Virus record (IMG/VR): IMGVR_UViG_3300035102_000132
Span: 1-37,406 of that record
DNA: 37,406 nucleotides
Direction: 5' to 3' (one strand)
DNA from: a virus
Taxonomy: Duplodnaviria > Caudoviricetes
Shown one piece after another: positions 26,141-34,145 of this stretch. The notes beneath the pieces are model-generated. The model did no database searches and was not told the origin of the DNA. It saw nothing but the letters and a program-made list of their open reading frames with translations. The position numbers and the translations under genes are program-made. How positions within the stretch are numbered: position 1 is the stretch's first letter; each line of letters begins with the position of its first letter.

Positions 26141-26600
26141 TTAAAGACTTAGGTTTGCCTCCTAAGTGAAGGACAATGCCAAGCCCGTTAGCGCCCTCAT
26201 GTTTTACTGTGCTTTTGTCCATTCCAAGATACTTAGCAAGGATTTTCAAAGCACCGTTAGCGCCTGCAGCATCAAACTTGTAAATGCCAGTGGGGTTGCC
26301 TTCGTGATCGTAAACAGGCTCCTCCTGGAGACTTCTTTCTATAACCTTTTTGGCTTTTGAAATAACCCATTCTGCCGTCAGCTCGTTTTTCTTTGCAATT
26401 TCGGCCTGTTTCTCTTCTACGGCCTGCTTAACAATAGGAATAGATAAGAGCTGCGCCGATTGCACCTGTGCTGACTTCTTGCTATAACCTGCGCGAATTG
26501 CAGCCTGAGTGCCGTTACAGTCTTTGACATACTCATCAACAAACTTCTGGCGCTTGGCGGGTAGTTGCAGATATGCAGTTTTTTCCGGTTTCTGGCTCAT
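26106..26600 (-). CDS. terS: Terminase small subunit
   Basis: KRQKFVDEYVKDCNGTQAAIRAGYSKKSA (Terminase_2 HTH). Confidence 0.95.
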   Translation of the reverse strand: MSQKPEKTAYLQLPAKRQKFVDEYVKDCNGTQAAIRAGYSKKSAQVQSAQLLSIPIVKQAVEEKQAEIAKKNELTAEWVISKAKKVIERSLQEEPVYDHEGNPTGIYKFDAAGANGALKILAKYLGMDKSTVKHEGANGLGIVLHLGGKPKSLNDPEPGEDAKG

Positions 26601-26607
26601 ACCTTAA

Positions 26608-26629
26608 TATTATCAGATTTTTGATAATA
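26608..26629. promoter_or_regulatory. Palindromic operator TATTATCA-N6-TGATAATA upstream of terS
   Basis: Arms identical to those at 5385-5406. Confidence 0.65.
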
Positions 26630-26653
26630 GATAAAGCAAAGCCTGTGGAAAAC

Positions 26654-26887
26654 TTATTTCTTGCGCTGACCGAAAATTCTGTCGAGAGGATCAAAATTAC
26701 TATTAACAAAGGCCTTTGCTTGTCTAAGAGCGTTTTTCAAATTTCGAAAAGCCAAAAACCCTTTAACTGCTGCTACATCTTCTCTATTGCATTTATAAAG
26801 AATTATGGTTTCGAGACTGTAGTCATACCTGCGTTCAAAAACCTTAGCGATTCTGTTTCTTTTGCTTTGTATACTCAATAGCTTCAA
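26654..26887 (-). CDS. Hypothetical basic protein
   Basis: TTG start with an AGGAG-like RBS; fills the gap before terS; overlaps the upstream ORF by 44 nt. Confidence 0.5.
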   Translation of the reverse strand: MKLLSIQSKRNRIAKVFERRYDYSLETIILYKCNREDVAAVKGFLAFRNLKNALRQAKAFVNSNFDPLDRIFGQRKK

Positions 26888-27086
26888 GCCGCCTTCTCCT
26901 AATGTTTTGCAAAGTCTTAATTGCCGATTCTTCGTTATCGATTGTCTTCAAAACTGCGCTAGGCTGAACTTCAATCACATATCGAACTCGATCCGCGCCG
27001 TATAATCTTTCAAGTTCCTTGTAAAGCTCGATTGTAGTTCCCAGCGTCATTGGCTTACCAAGCCATGCTCTACCGGTTTGATTCAT
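26844..27086 (-). CDS. Hypothetical protein
   Basis: ATGA coupling to the upstream gene. Confidence 0.65.
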   Translation of the reverse strand: MNQTGRAWLGKPMTLGTTIELYKELERLYGADRVRYVIEVQPSAVLKTIDNEESAIKTLQNIRRRRLEAIEYTKQKKQNR

Positions 27087-27481
27087 GCTGCTTTTCCCTC
27101 CTGATCCAGATTAAACAGGTTTAAACCACTCGCACGTATACCAGGGCGGTCTGATAACTTCTGTTCCTGAGAGTTCCGGAACCTTGCACCTGACTTGAAT
27201 CTGGTTTCTTTTGAAGTAGTGTCTGTGGTGCTGGCACTTGAGGCAGGAAAGCTTTCTTTTTCTGCTTCCGGCCATAGTTTCAGATATTCTTGGTGAGCTT
27301 TTACACATTCAAAGTTTCCGCATCCTTTACAGTTGTTACTATCGCATTCAGCATTGAGCCGAGCCTTGATTACAGCGTTTAACACCGCAATTTTCTTTGC
27401 TTGAAGCTCATACTGAGCAAGCAACTCGGCTTTTTTGCGCCTTACCGGGTCTTTATCAAGCCAAGGCTGGTTATGCGGCAT
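27083..27481 (-). CDS. Hypothetical protein with a Cys cluster (CxxxxCxxCxxxxC)
   Basis: GGAGG RBS; coupled within the operon. Confidence 0.65.
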   Translation of the reverse strand: MPHNQPWLDKDPVRRKKAELLAQYELQAKKIAVLNAVIKARLNAECDSNNCKGCGNFECVKAHQEYLKLWPEAEKESFPASSASTTDTTSKETRFKSGARFRNSQEQKLSDRPGIRASGLNLFNLDQEGKAA

Positions 27482-28064
27482 TTTTCTTACCTCCAGGTAA
27501 AGCCTTTAATTTGCCTTTTCCGATTTTTTCTGTCAGCCCGATAAGCTTTTCACTGTCCGGCAATCCGCTTTTTAAGTGAGCAGCGCTCTCAACTATTCCG
27601 CCAGCTTGTCTACTCCGTTCCTTTTCGGCTTTGAAGATCGCTCTAAGCTGTCCTCGGATTACATCTGAATTTTCGCTCTTACAAATATCCAAGTAACCGA
27701 ATCGCCTCACAGCCGCCGCAACAAGAGGACTCTTTTTCTTCAGCCAATCCAGCGCGTCTTTCTCGCGCATGTAGCCGAAGTCTCGCGCCGCTTGAAAGGC
27801 AAGCTCGATAACATCGCCTTCAGTTTCCGTAAGCGTAGGCCTTGCAACCTGCCGGATCAGAGCAATAAAGTTGTCACCTGGATATAACTTTGGCTTTTCA
27901 AGCAAAAACCTTGAAATTGCATTTAAAAAGTCTTTGTCCTCTAAGTCTTTAAACATCGAGAACCACGCTTTATAAATCAATTCCTTGTTGTTGCCAGGCT
28001 CCAACTGCGGATGAACTGAGAATATAACTGACAAGCCTCTTTTAAAGGCTGAATCACTGAGCAT
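27471..28064 (-). CDS. Replication accessory protein (helicase loader/inhibitor-like)
   Basis: AW...FKDL....F..AI....YP pattern; directly downstream of the initiator. Confidence 0.55.
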   Translation of the reverse strand: MLSDSAFKRGLSVIFSVHPQLEPGNNKELIYKAWFSMFKDLEDKDFLNAISRFLLEKPKLYPGDNFIALIRQVARPTLTETEGDVIELAFQAARDFGYMREKDALDWLKKKSPLVAAAVRRFGYLDICKSENSDVIRGQLRAIFKAEKERSRQAGGIVESAAHLKSGLPDSEKLIGLTEKIGKGKLKALPGGKKNAA

Positions 28065-29004
28065 TTTTACTTTCTCCTGACAAATCGAGATTCTTTAAGT
28101 CTTCCAGCCAGTTGCCTTTTGTTCTTTGCTTCGGTTTAGGCTCAAATAACCCTGTCCAGCCGTTAACAATGCTAAGGTTAATAGCTTCGATTGCCTTTGC
28201 CTCACCCATAGCCGCAAGCTTTTTAAGCTGGCGTTTAACAGTTGTTGGAGTTAGCTTTTGCCGTTTTTCTTTCCTGTATTTTTGCCATTCAAGCCAAGCA
28301 AATTGAAACGCTTGGGTATTAAGGCCTTTAGGAAGCTCACAAGTATCAGGGCCTTTGTTTTTCGGTTTAGGCTTAGGTTTTGGTTTGGGCTTTGGTTCAG
28401 GAATAGCATCAGAAAATTTGTTAGGAAAAAAATCAGAGGCATTGAAAATGCCGGTGGTTTCTTTTTTTATTATTTTTTTCTTTCCTTTATTTTCCTTTTC
28501 TTTACTTTCCTTTACTTTACTTTGTTGAAAAATGTCCGCATTTTTACCAGAAATGTTTACATCATGTTTACATTTTTGATTAAAATGTTTACATCCCTCA
28601 TCAATTACCCTGATATTTGTCCACCTGCCAGGATCAACAAGCAAAAACTCTTGTTTTGCTTCTACTTCTTTTCTTCGCTCGCAAGCCTTGAAGTATCTAT
28701 TTTGGATTCCTTTGCTGGTTAAAACATTGAACGAGTTAAAAATGTCTTTATCAAAAAAGTCACGCTTAACCAATTCTTGCACTACATCATTCACTAAAGA
28801 AGGGGTGTATTCACCCGCGCTTTTCGCAAATAAAAGTGCTATGTCCTCATCCCAGTTTATGAAATATCCATTTCGATAGATCTTACATAGAAGCTTGATA
28901 GCGATATTTTCGCCCTTTTCGCCAAACCTGGCGGCAACAAAAGCTATTTTGTCATCGTGGAAAAAATCCACGTCGAATGAGAAAAACTCAATCCCCTTTT
29001 TCAT
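28054..29004 (-). CDS. Replication initiator (DUF4373 / Lin1244-like N-terminus)
   Basis: MKKGIEFFSFDVDFFHDDKI...LLCKIYRNGYF...LTSKGIQNRY; C-terminal W.EW..YRKEK...SIVNGWTGLF. Start reassigned to 29004 (ATGA overlap with the HNH gene). Confidence 0.85.
   Translation of the reverse strand: MKKGIEFFSFDVDFFHDDKIAFVAARFGEKGENIAIKLLCKIYRNGYFINWDEDIALLFAKSAGEYTPSLVNDVVQELVKRDFFDKDIFNSFNVLTSKGIQNRYFKACERRKEVEAKQEFLLVDPGRWTNIRVIDEGCKHFNQKCKHDVNISGKNADIFQQSKVKESKEKENKGKKKIIKKETTGIFNASDFFPNKFSDAIPEPKPKPKPKPKPKNKGPDTCELPKGLNTQAFQFAWLEWQKYRKEKRQKLTPTTVKRQLKKLAAMGEAKAIEAINLSIVNGWTGLFEPKPKQRTKGNWLEDLKNLDLSGESKNAQ
28458..28594. other. Putative replication origin inside the initiator gene
   Basis: Three ATGTTTACAT copies (28553, 28564, 28585) next to a strand-asymmetric T-rich tract (~28460-28525), as in lambdoid origins. 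Confidence 0.55.
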
Positions 29005-29336
29005 GGCTGTTTCCTTGTGTTGCAACTTTTGCATAGGATTTGAAAATTGCCTGCTGTATTTAGCAATTCTATAGGGGTGAAGCCTCTTGCGCACGAATAA
29101 ACAGACTTAATATGATCAATTTGCAGGTTATCTTTACTATGACAAATTGCGCATTGTTTGCCGTCTCGCTCAAAGATGTATTCGCGCACATCTACCCTTT
29201 TTATGAAGCCGCTAGAAGAATTCCTTAATGCCTTAAGTCGAATTTTAAAATTAAGTGATTCCATATCTCTTAAAGTCTTCTTTTGCGGATTCCATTTTGG
29301 GAATGGAACGTCTTCAATATTAACTTGCTTCCCCAT
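29001..29336 (-). CDS. HNH endonuclease
   Basis: RDGKQCAIC...LQIDHI...NFQILCKSCNTRK. Confidence 0.9.
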   Translation of the reverse strand: MGKQVNIEDVPFPKWNPQKKTLRDMESLNFKIRLKALRNSSSGFIKRVDVREYIFERDGKQCAICHSKDNLQIDHIKSVYSCARGFTPIELLNTAGNFQILCKSCNTRKQP

Positions 29337-29340
29337 TAAA

Positions 29341-29796
29341 TTAATCCCTTAGTGTAATTCTTACCCAAACTCCCTGTTGTTCTGGTGTAGTTGTGTAATT
29401 TTTTGTTACCTCTTCGTGACAAATCTGGCTGTCGTCTTGATAAACAAGCCCCGTCATTGCATCTTCCACAGCTCTTGCAAGCTTCATACTGTCCGGTGTT
29501 TTGGTGTGATCATCAGGTGCAGAAGGCTTTACTTCGATACCGTTTGACCTGAAATGACTTTTCGGCCTAAGAAAAAAGAAACAAAGCTCAAGACTTACTC
29601 CTGTGTTTTTGCCTGGAATCTGCCAGTTACATTTTTTTACAGCTTTCTGAGCTTCATTTCTTACATCTGAGCGCCAACAACCAAGGTTTTCAGAACTCAC
29701 GTTCTTAACAAAAGCTCTGTTCGCTTTAGGGTTGTAGATTGCTTTCTTGCTTCCTTGTGTTCTCGGCTTACCCTGAACAAAGAATTCCAGTTTCAT
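29341..29796 (-). CDS. rusA: RusA-family Holliday junction resolvase
   Basis: GKPRTQGSK, RPKSH, PDSMKLARAVEDAMTG..YQDDSQI. Confidence 0.9.
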   Translation of the reverse strand: MKLEFFVQGKPRTQGSKKAIYNPKANRAFVKNVSSENLGCWRSDVRNEAQKAVKKCNWQIPGKNTGVSLELCFFFLRPKSHFRSNGIEVKPSAPDDHTKTPDSMKLARAVEDAMTGLVYQDDSQICHEEVTKNYTTTPEQQGVWVRITLRD

Positions 29797-30011
29797 ACTG
29801 TCATTCCTTCCGGGTATTTTGTTGGCAGCGGTCTGTAGTCATCGCCCGCTGTCTTGTGGCATTCTGGACACTTCATGTCGGGTATAACTTTCCGGTGAAA
29901 ATTAGCGTCATCATATCCGGGTTGATTTTTACCTATAAATCCGCAATGTTCGCATTCATAGTCGGCCCGGAAGTCTCGCCGATGCTGACTAATTATTCTT
30001 TTTATTTTCAT
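29793..30011 (-). CDS. Small Zn-ribbon protein (MKIKRIISQHRRDF...)
   Basis: CEHC...CPEC; ATG at 30011 with AAGGA RBS; ATGA coupling to rusA. Confidence 0.75.
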   Translation of the reverse strand: MKIKRIISQHRRDFRADYECEHCGFIGKNQPGYDDANFHRKVIPDMKCPECHKTAGDDYRPLPTKYPEGMTV

Positions 30012-30033
30012 ATATGCTTTCCTTTCCAAGGCA

Positions 30034-30049
30034 GGGCCGAAGCCCCGCC
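30034..30049 (-). other. GGGC-TTCG-GCCC hairpin (cUUCGg), copy 1
   Basis: Same sequence as at 30538-30555. Confidence 0.7.
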
Positions 30050-30062
30050 GGTTAACCATTCC

Positions 30063-30293
30063 TTAAGAAACGGTAATCCAATCGTCTGCAAGCATATCTG
30101 ACTGACTTGCCAACCAAGGGACAAGTTTGTCATCTGTAGGCTTCATATAGATATAGGGCTGTCTCATCTTTGAGTGTTCATCCGGCTTTTGCAGAGCTAG
30201 CCACATGCCTTTGCCGTTCCAGCCAATTCGAGAAACCTTGTGGCCCTGTCTCATTTTTTCAATTGCTTCACCGAAAGTTAATGTAGGTTCCAT
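30063..30293 (-). CDS. DUF2829-family protein (Tad2-like anti-defence nucleotide sponge)
   Basis: TFGEAIE...G.KV.R.GWNGKGMWL...PYIYMK......VPWLASQSDMLADDW signature. Confidence 0.85.
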   Translation of the reverse strand: MEPTLTFGEAIEKMRQGHKVSRIGWNGKGMWLALQKPDEHSKMRQPYIYMKPTDDKLVPWLASQSDMLADDWITVS

Positions 30294-30326
30294 AAAATAC
30301 TCCTTCGTTAATTTAATTTAGAACAA

Positions 30327-30399
30327 GGCGACTACCGGGAATTGAACCCGAATCTCCAGAGTCACAATCTGGCGCTCTATCCTTTTGAGCTATAGCCGC
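30327..30399 (-). tRNA. tRNA-His(GTG)
   Basis: Acceptor GCGGCTA/TAGTCGC + C73; D arm GCTC/GAGC; CCAGA-TTGTGAC-TCTGG; T arm TCGGG-TTCAATT-CCCGG. No encoded CCA or G-1. Confidence 0.92.
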
Positions 30400-30402
30400 A
30401 AT

Positions 30403-30531
30403 TGGCAAGGGCAGGACTCGAACCTGCAACCTCGGTGCCTCATTACCGTGGGTGGATATTAGCTGCATTTCGGGTAATGAGTGTCCCGCTTCTCAGCTAA
30501 CTTACGCGCCTTCCAATTTCGCCACCTTGCC
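30403..30531 (-). ncRNA. tRNA-like RNA whose anticodon arm is replaced by a ~77-nt insert able to form a pseudoknot
   Basis: Acceptor GGCAAGG/CCTTGCC + A; Leu-like D arm GCG-AAATTGGAAGG-CGC; T arm GCAGG-TTCGAGT-CCTGC. Confidence 0.75.
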
Positions 30532-30537
30532 ATGAAA

Positions 30538-30555
30538 CGGGGCCGAAGCCCCGCC
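30538..30555 (-). terminator. CGGGGC-TTCG-GCCCCG hairpin, copy 2 (terminator or processing site)
   Basis: cUUCGg loop, short U tract; lies just 5' of the tRNA-like RNA. Confidence 0.55.
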
Positions 30556-30564
30556 AAGTAGTTG

Positions 30565-31353
30565 TTAATAGTTTCTGAGAATTAAAAGATTTTTAATGTC
30601 TTTTGTCTTGATTTGGCCGCAAAACTGCATGTATTCATCTTCTCTTACCTGGTCGAGAACCATATCGAACCCTGGCATTGAAAGAGAGAAAAGTATCTGG
30701 CCTTTTTCTTCTTCAAGAATTGGAGTTAAAGCCAAAGAAAACTGGTATTCTATTTCTGATCCGCGAACTATTTTCCCCTGAAAATTTATTTCAGAAGGGC
30801 AAATAGCCTTTTGAGTTGCTCCATTGCTATCAATTTTCTGTTCCCATTGATAAGAACCGGCCTGCTCTCCGTTTTCAAAAATAGGATTGCTGACAAAATT
30901 GATCTTTTTACTTGCTCTAAGCTTTGAAATTGTGTGATAAAGATTTTCAAAATCTGGAACGAAAATTTTTACAGACTCAAGTTGATCAAGCAATTGTCTA
31001 TGGCTGAGCTTCCGGCCAAGAATGTTAATAATGGTTTCCCAAAGATGCGTGTATTCCCTCTGAAAGCGCCAGGTGTCTTGTTCTTCTCCGAGTGTATCAT
31101 CGGTGTAAAATATGCCTCCTGAGCGTTCAAAGATTACTGTCATAAAAGATGCGTCTTGGTCTTCACCATCTCGGCGCACTTGCTCAATTACAGCTTTTGC
31201 AAAACTATCTACGTTACAAACGATTCTGTTAAAAGGTCTATTTCTCGGGACTCTTTTGTAAGTGCCGTTGTTGTCGATATATTGCCCATCGATTGTTTCA
31301 ATTAATTCAGGCTTCTTGAGTGATAAAATTTTACTTATTGCTTCTGCTATCAT
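30565..31353 (-). CDS. YfdQ/DUF2303-like phage protein
   Basis: Size, overall pattern and pairing with the upstream YfdP-like gene; distant resemblance only. Confidence 0.6.
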   Translation of the reverse strand: MIAEAISKILSLKKPELIETIDGQYIDNNGTYKRVPRNRPFNRIVCNVDSFAKAVIEQVRRDGEDQDASFMTVIFERSGGIFYTDDTLGEEQDTWRFQREYTHLWETIINILGRKLSHRQLLDQLESVKIFVPDFENLYHTISKLRASKKINFVSNPIFENGEQAGSYQWEQKIDSNGATQKAICPSEINFQGKIVRGSEIEYQFSLALTPILEEEKGQILFSLSMPGFDMVLDQVREDEYMQFCGQIKTKDIKNLLILRNY

Positions 31354-31715
31354 GCTGCTTCTTCCCCTTTCTTAACTCTTTTAAGTGGTGTCATATTTGG
31401 TAATTTTGCCTGCCTTGGATCTTCAAGGAATAGATTCCCTCGGTTATCGTGATAGAAGGTTCTGCCATCTGCAGGTGGTTCTGGAAGGTTTGTAGAAAGA
31501 TCGCCTTTAATTTCCAGCCTTGCATCATCAACGCGTGCAAAAGAAAGCTTCACGGTAAGTTTGCCTGCTTTTCCGGTAGACAGAACTCTTGTAACAGCGT
31601 CAAGGAATGCTTCTGAAAGCACATCCTCAAAAATGTCTCTACGACCTTTATAACTGCCCTCAATTCTTTCAAGGGTTGAATTAAAAGTAATAGGTTCTTG
31701 TTTATTCACGCTCAT
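31350..31715 (-). CDS. YfdP-like phage protein
   Basis: AV..V..TGKAGKLTVKLSF...LP......FY....GNL..EDPRQ..L pattern. Confidence 0.7.
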   Translation of the reverse strand: MSVNKQEPITFNSTLERIEGSYKGRRDIFEDVLSEAFLDAVTRVLSTGKAGKLTVKLSFARVDDARLEIKGDLSTNLPEPPADGRTFYHDNRGNLFLEDPRQAKLPNMTPLKRVKKGEEAA

Positions 31716-31832
31716 TTTGTCCTTTCTTTTTTTGGGCTGGCCAGGCGCGGGATTTGTCCGGCCTGACCAGAAAGGTAGATTTTATAGCGGTTCAACCCAA
31801 TCCGGCACAGCCTGCGACTGGCTAAAACCCAA

Positions 31833-31970
31833 AGGCCAGAGCGGGATTTGAACCCACCGATTTGCTCGCGGTCTGCTTAATCGCCCCAGGCCTCCTGTCT
31901 GGTATTTCCACATTGCTAATGATTTCCATCCATTTGCCGCTGGCGATACGACTCCATTATCGTTCTGGCC
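31833..31970 (-). ncRNA. Second tRNA-like RNA with an expanded anticodon region
   Basis: Acceptor GGCCAGA/TCTGGCC; D-like ACGA-TAATGGAG-TCGT; ATCGCC/GGCGAT stem enclosing ~55 nt; T arm GTGGG-TTCAAAT-CCCGC. Confidence 0.65.
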
Positions 31971-32049
31971 TGCCGGTCTTTCCCGGCTGTCATCGGTTGG
32001 TTTAATTTGAAAAGCTGCGACGCCCGAAAATTCTCAGCTTTAAATTGAT

Positions 32050-32517
32050 CTACAGGTATGCCCAGCTAAAACCGCCAGCCATATTTATAAGCCCTCTGGC
32101 ACACCTAGAAATGCTTCCGTTATTAATCCCTGTTTTTCTTTGAGCCTCAAGGGTAGATTGGTAAACTTCGCCTGTCTCAAAACATTTCACTTTTTTTCTT
32201 TTGCCAGGATTTAACCCTGTTTTATGAGCATGAAATAGGTTTTCGGAGTAGGTCGCCCACTCAAGATTTTCAACACTATTGTTTTGTTTGTTTCCATCTC
32301 TGTGGTTAACAGTAGGCTTTAGATAAGGATTTGGGATAAAAGCTTCCGCAACAATACGATGCACTTTTTTATGTCGGCTCCCGTTTAAACGAACATATAA
32401 ATAGCCGCCGTGATTTATACTGGGCTTGAGCATTCTTCCTAGCCTTAGGCTTTTAATTCTTCCGTTGCGACTAACTTGATAATGCTCAAAACCCTTGATG
32501 TTTTTCCAGACTTCCAT
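32050..32517 (-). CDS. NUMOD4-HNH-NUMOD1 homing endonuclease
   Basis: EVWKNIKGFEHYQVSRNGRIKS; VHRIVAEAFIPNP...VNHRDGNKQNN..ENLEW; C-terminal HTH. Start reassigned to 32517. Confidence 0.92.
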   Translation of the reverse strand: MEVWKNIKGFEHYQVSRNGRIKSLRLGRMLKPSINHGGYLYVRLNGSRHKKVHRIVAEAFIPNPYLKPTVNHRDGNKQNNSVENLEWATYSENLFHAHKTGLNPGKRKKVKCFETGEVYQSTLEAQRKTGINNGSISRCARGLINMAGGFSWAYL

Positions 32518-32527
32518 TTCAGGGGCT

Positions 32528-33277
32528 TTACTCAACTTCCTGACCAGCCTCGCCGTTATCTTCAAACTGAGCATTTAATTCATCCGCTGCTGAAGTCTTG
32601 GCATCTGGAGTAACATTCACAACTGGTAAATCTGCTACATCGCCGTCTACGATATTTACGCCGGTAATTTGTTCATAAACTGATTTGCGAAGCTTTCTTT
32701 CGCACTTACCGATAATGGCATCAACACCCATTGCTTTGTTTACTTTGATCCCGAACTGTCTAGGCCCATAGGTATCTTCAGTGCCGTTGTATTTCCAGGT
32801 GGCAGAAGCTTCAACGATTGCGCCGGTATCACCTTTCATTGTCGGAACGCCAAAAATCAGACGTAATTCTGTAAGGCCTTCAAGATTCTTGAGTAGGTGT
32901 GTAAAGCCTTCTTTTGTGATATAGCACTTAGCCGAAATAATGTTGAACTGGTTGCCTACCGGCTGAACGCCTCGAAGAACTGCCTCAATCAAGCAGTCTT
33001 TCACAATGTTTTTGCTGTATGGAATGTGCGGTTTTTTGGTTTTCCAGTCAGTTTGGTTCGGGTCTTTGTCGGTTTTGAAACCTAATGACGTATTCATTAA
33101 AGGCATGATCTGATCCATCATGTCATCTGAAATCATGCTTCTAAGCTGGCCGATTCCTGAAGCCATCATAAATGCTTTCTGAAATTGTCCATATTGGTTT
33201 AAAGCTGCTAACGAGCATTGCTGAACAACCTTTTCAAGATCATCACAGTTTTTTGGAACAGGTAAGTTTTTAGTCAC
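32528..33277 (-). CDS. Putative ssDNA-annealing recombinase (RecT/Red-beta-like)
   Basis: CLIEAVLRGVQPVGNQFNII...YITKEG pattern; immediately downstream of the exonuclease. Confidence 0.6.
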   Translation of the reverse strand: MTKNLPVPKNCDDLEKVVQQCSLAALNQYGQFQKAFMMASGIGQLRSMISDDMMDQIMPLMNTSLGFKTDKDPNQTDWKTKKPHIPYSKNIVKDCLIEAVLRGVQPVGNQFNIISAKCYITKEGFTHLLKNLEGLTELRLIFGVPTMKGDTGAIVEASATWKYNGTEDTYGPRQFGIKVNKAMGVDAIIGKCERKLRKSVYEQITGVNIVDGDVADLPVVNVTPDAKTSAADELNAQFEDNGEAGQEVE

Positions 33278-33289
33278 GATTAATACTCC

Positions 33290-34141
33290 TTAAAATTGAA
33301 TTGCCTGGTTTGGATTAATTTCAGGCTGTAATGAATCCAGAAGCTTGTTAGCCCAATAAGGAAGATCAAGCTCTTTGGCTTTCTCCTCATAACAAGGCCA
33401 AGAATCTTTCTGATAACAATCCCACCAGGCGGGGGCTAATTTCTCGGTTTGAAGTCTGCCAAGCTCAAGAGCATTTGGATTGAGTGGAAAAACATTTAAT
33501 CCGAAAGGCTTGGTTTTTTCCTGTGGAATAAGAATGAATTTATTAACATCAAAACCCGCTGCTTTTGCGGCTTCATGATAGATAAAACCTTGAATATGAT
33601 AGCCATACTTAATGTAGTCACGCTGAAAGGAATCTTCTGAAGCATCCCGGCTGGTTTTGTAATCTACAACCGCTTTATAAAATGTGCTTACAATATCCAG
33701 CTTGGCTTTAAATGGCACTCCGAATAAATCAAAGAAAACAACAATTTCAATCGAGTCAGCTTTATCCAGAAAAGAATTGGCTATTTTATGGGCTTTAAAA
33801 GTCTGCCTCATTTGAAGAACAGTTTCATGGTCAGTTTTGCTGATAACTTCTCTATCTCCGGCAAGCCTTAAGAACTCTTCCCATTTCTCTTTCCCTGCTT
33901 TTGTTCTTTTATTAACTTCAGGCGCAACAACATACTTTTCTCGAAAGCTTTCAGGTTCCAGAATTGCTTTGTGTGCAACATTACCAAAGCTTAAAGCGTC
34001 TGATTGTTTATCTTGCTCTGCTTTGTAATGTGCAGGTGACTTTCTGAAGCCACCTTTAATTGCTGACGCGCTGCAGCGGTCTTTAATCGCATGGTATTCT
34101 CGATCTGACATTTTTAATACTTCAACCGGCATATTACTCAC
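33290..34141 (-). CDS. PD-(D/E)XK exonuclease (DUF3799, RecE/ExoVIII-like)
   Basis: EYHA...SASAIK...SPAHY; FG...H..ILEP; KAKLD...VDYKTS; YGYHIQ..Y. Confidence 0.9.
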   Translation of the reverse strand: MSNMPVEVLKMSDREYHAIKDRCSASAIKGGFRKSPAHYKAEQDKQSDALSFGNVAHKAILEPESFREKYVVAPEVNKRTKAGKEKWEEFLRLAGDREVISKTDHETVLQMRQTFKAHKIANSFLDKADSIEIVVFFDLFGVPFKAKLDIVSTFYKAVVDYKTSRDASEDSFQRDYIKYGYHIQGFIYHEAAKAAGFDVNKFILIPQEKTKPFGLNVFPLNPNALELGRLQTEKLAPAWWDCYQKDSWPCYEEKAKELDLPYWANKLLDSLQPEINPNQAIQF

Positions 34142-34145
34142 CCTC

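Noticed and set aside
30403-30531. Intron-containing tRNA, tmRNA or tRNA-Sec
   Set aside because: The insert is far too short for a group I intron, no normal anticodon arm could be restored by removing a segment, there is no tmRNA-like Ala acceptor or tag ORF, and there is no UCA anticodon.
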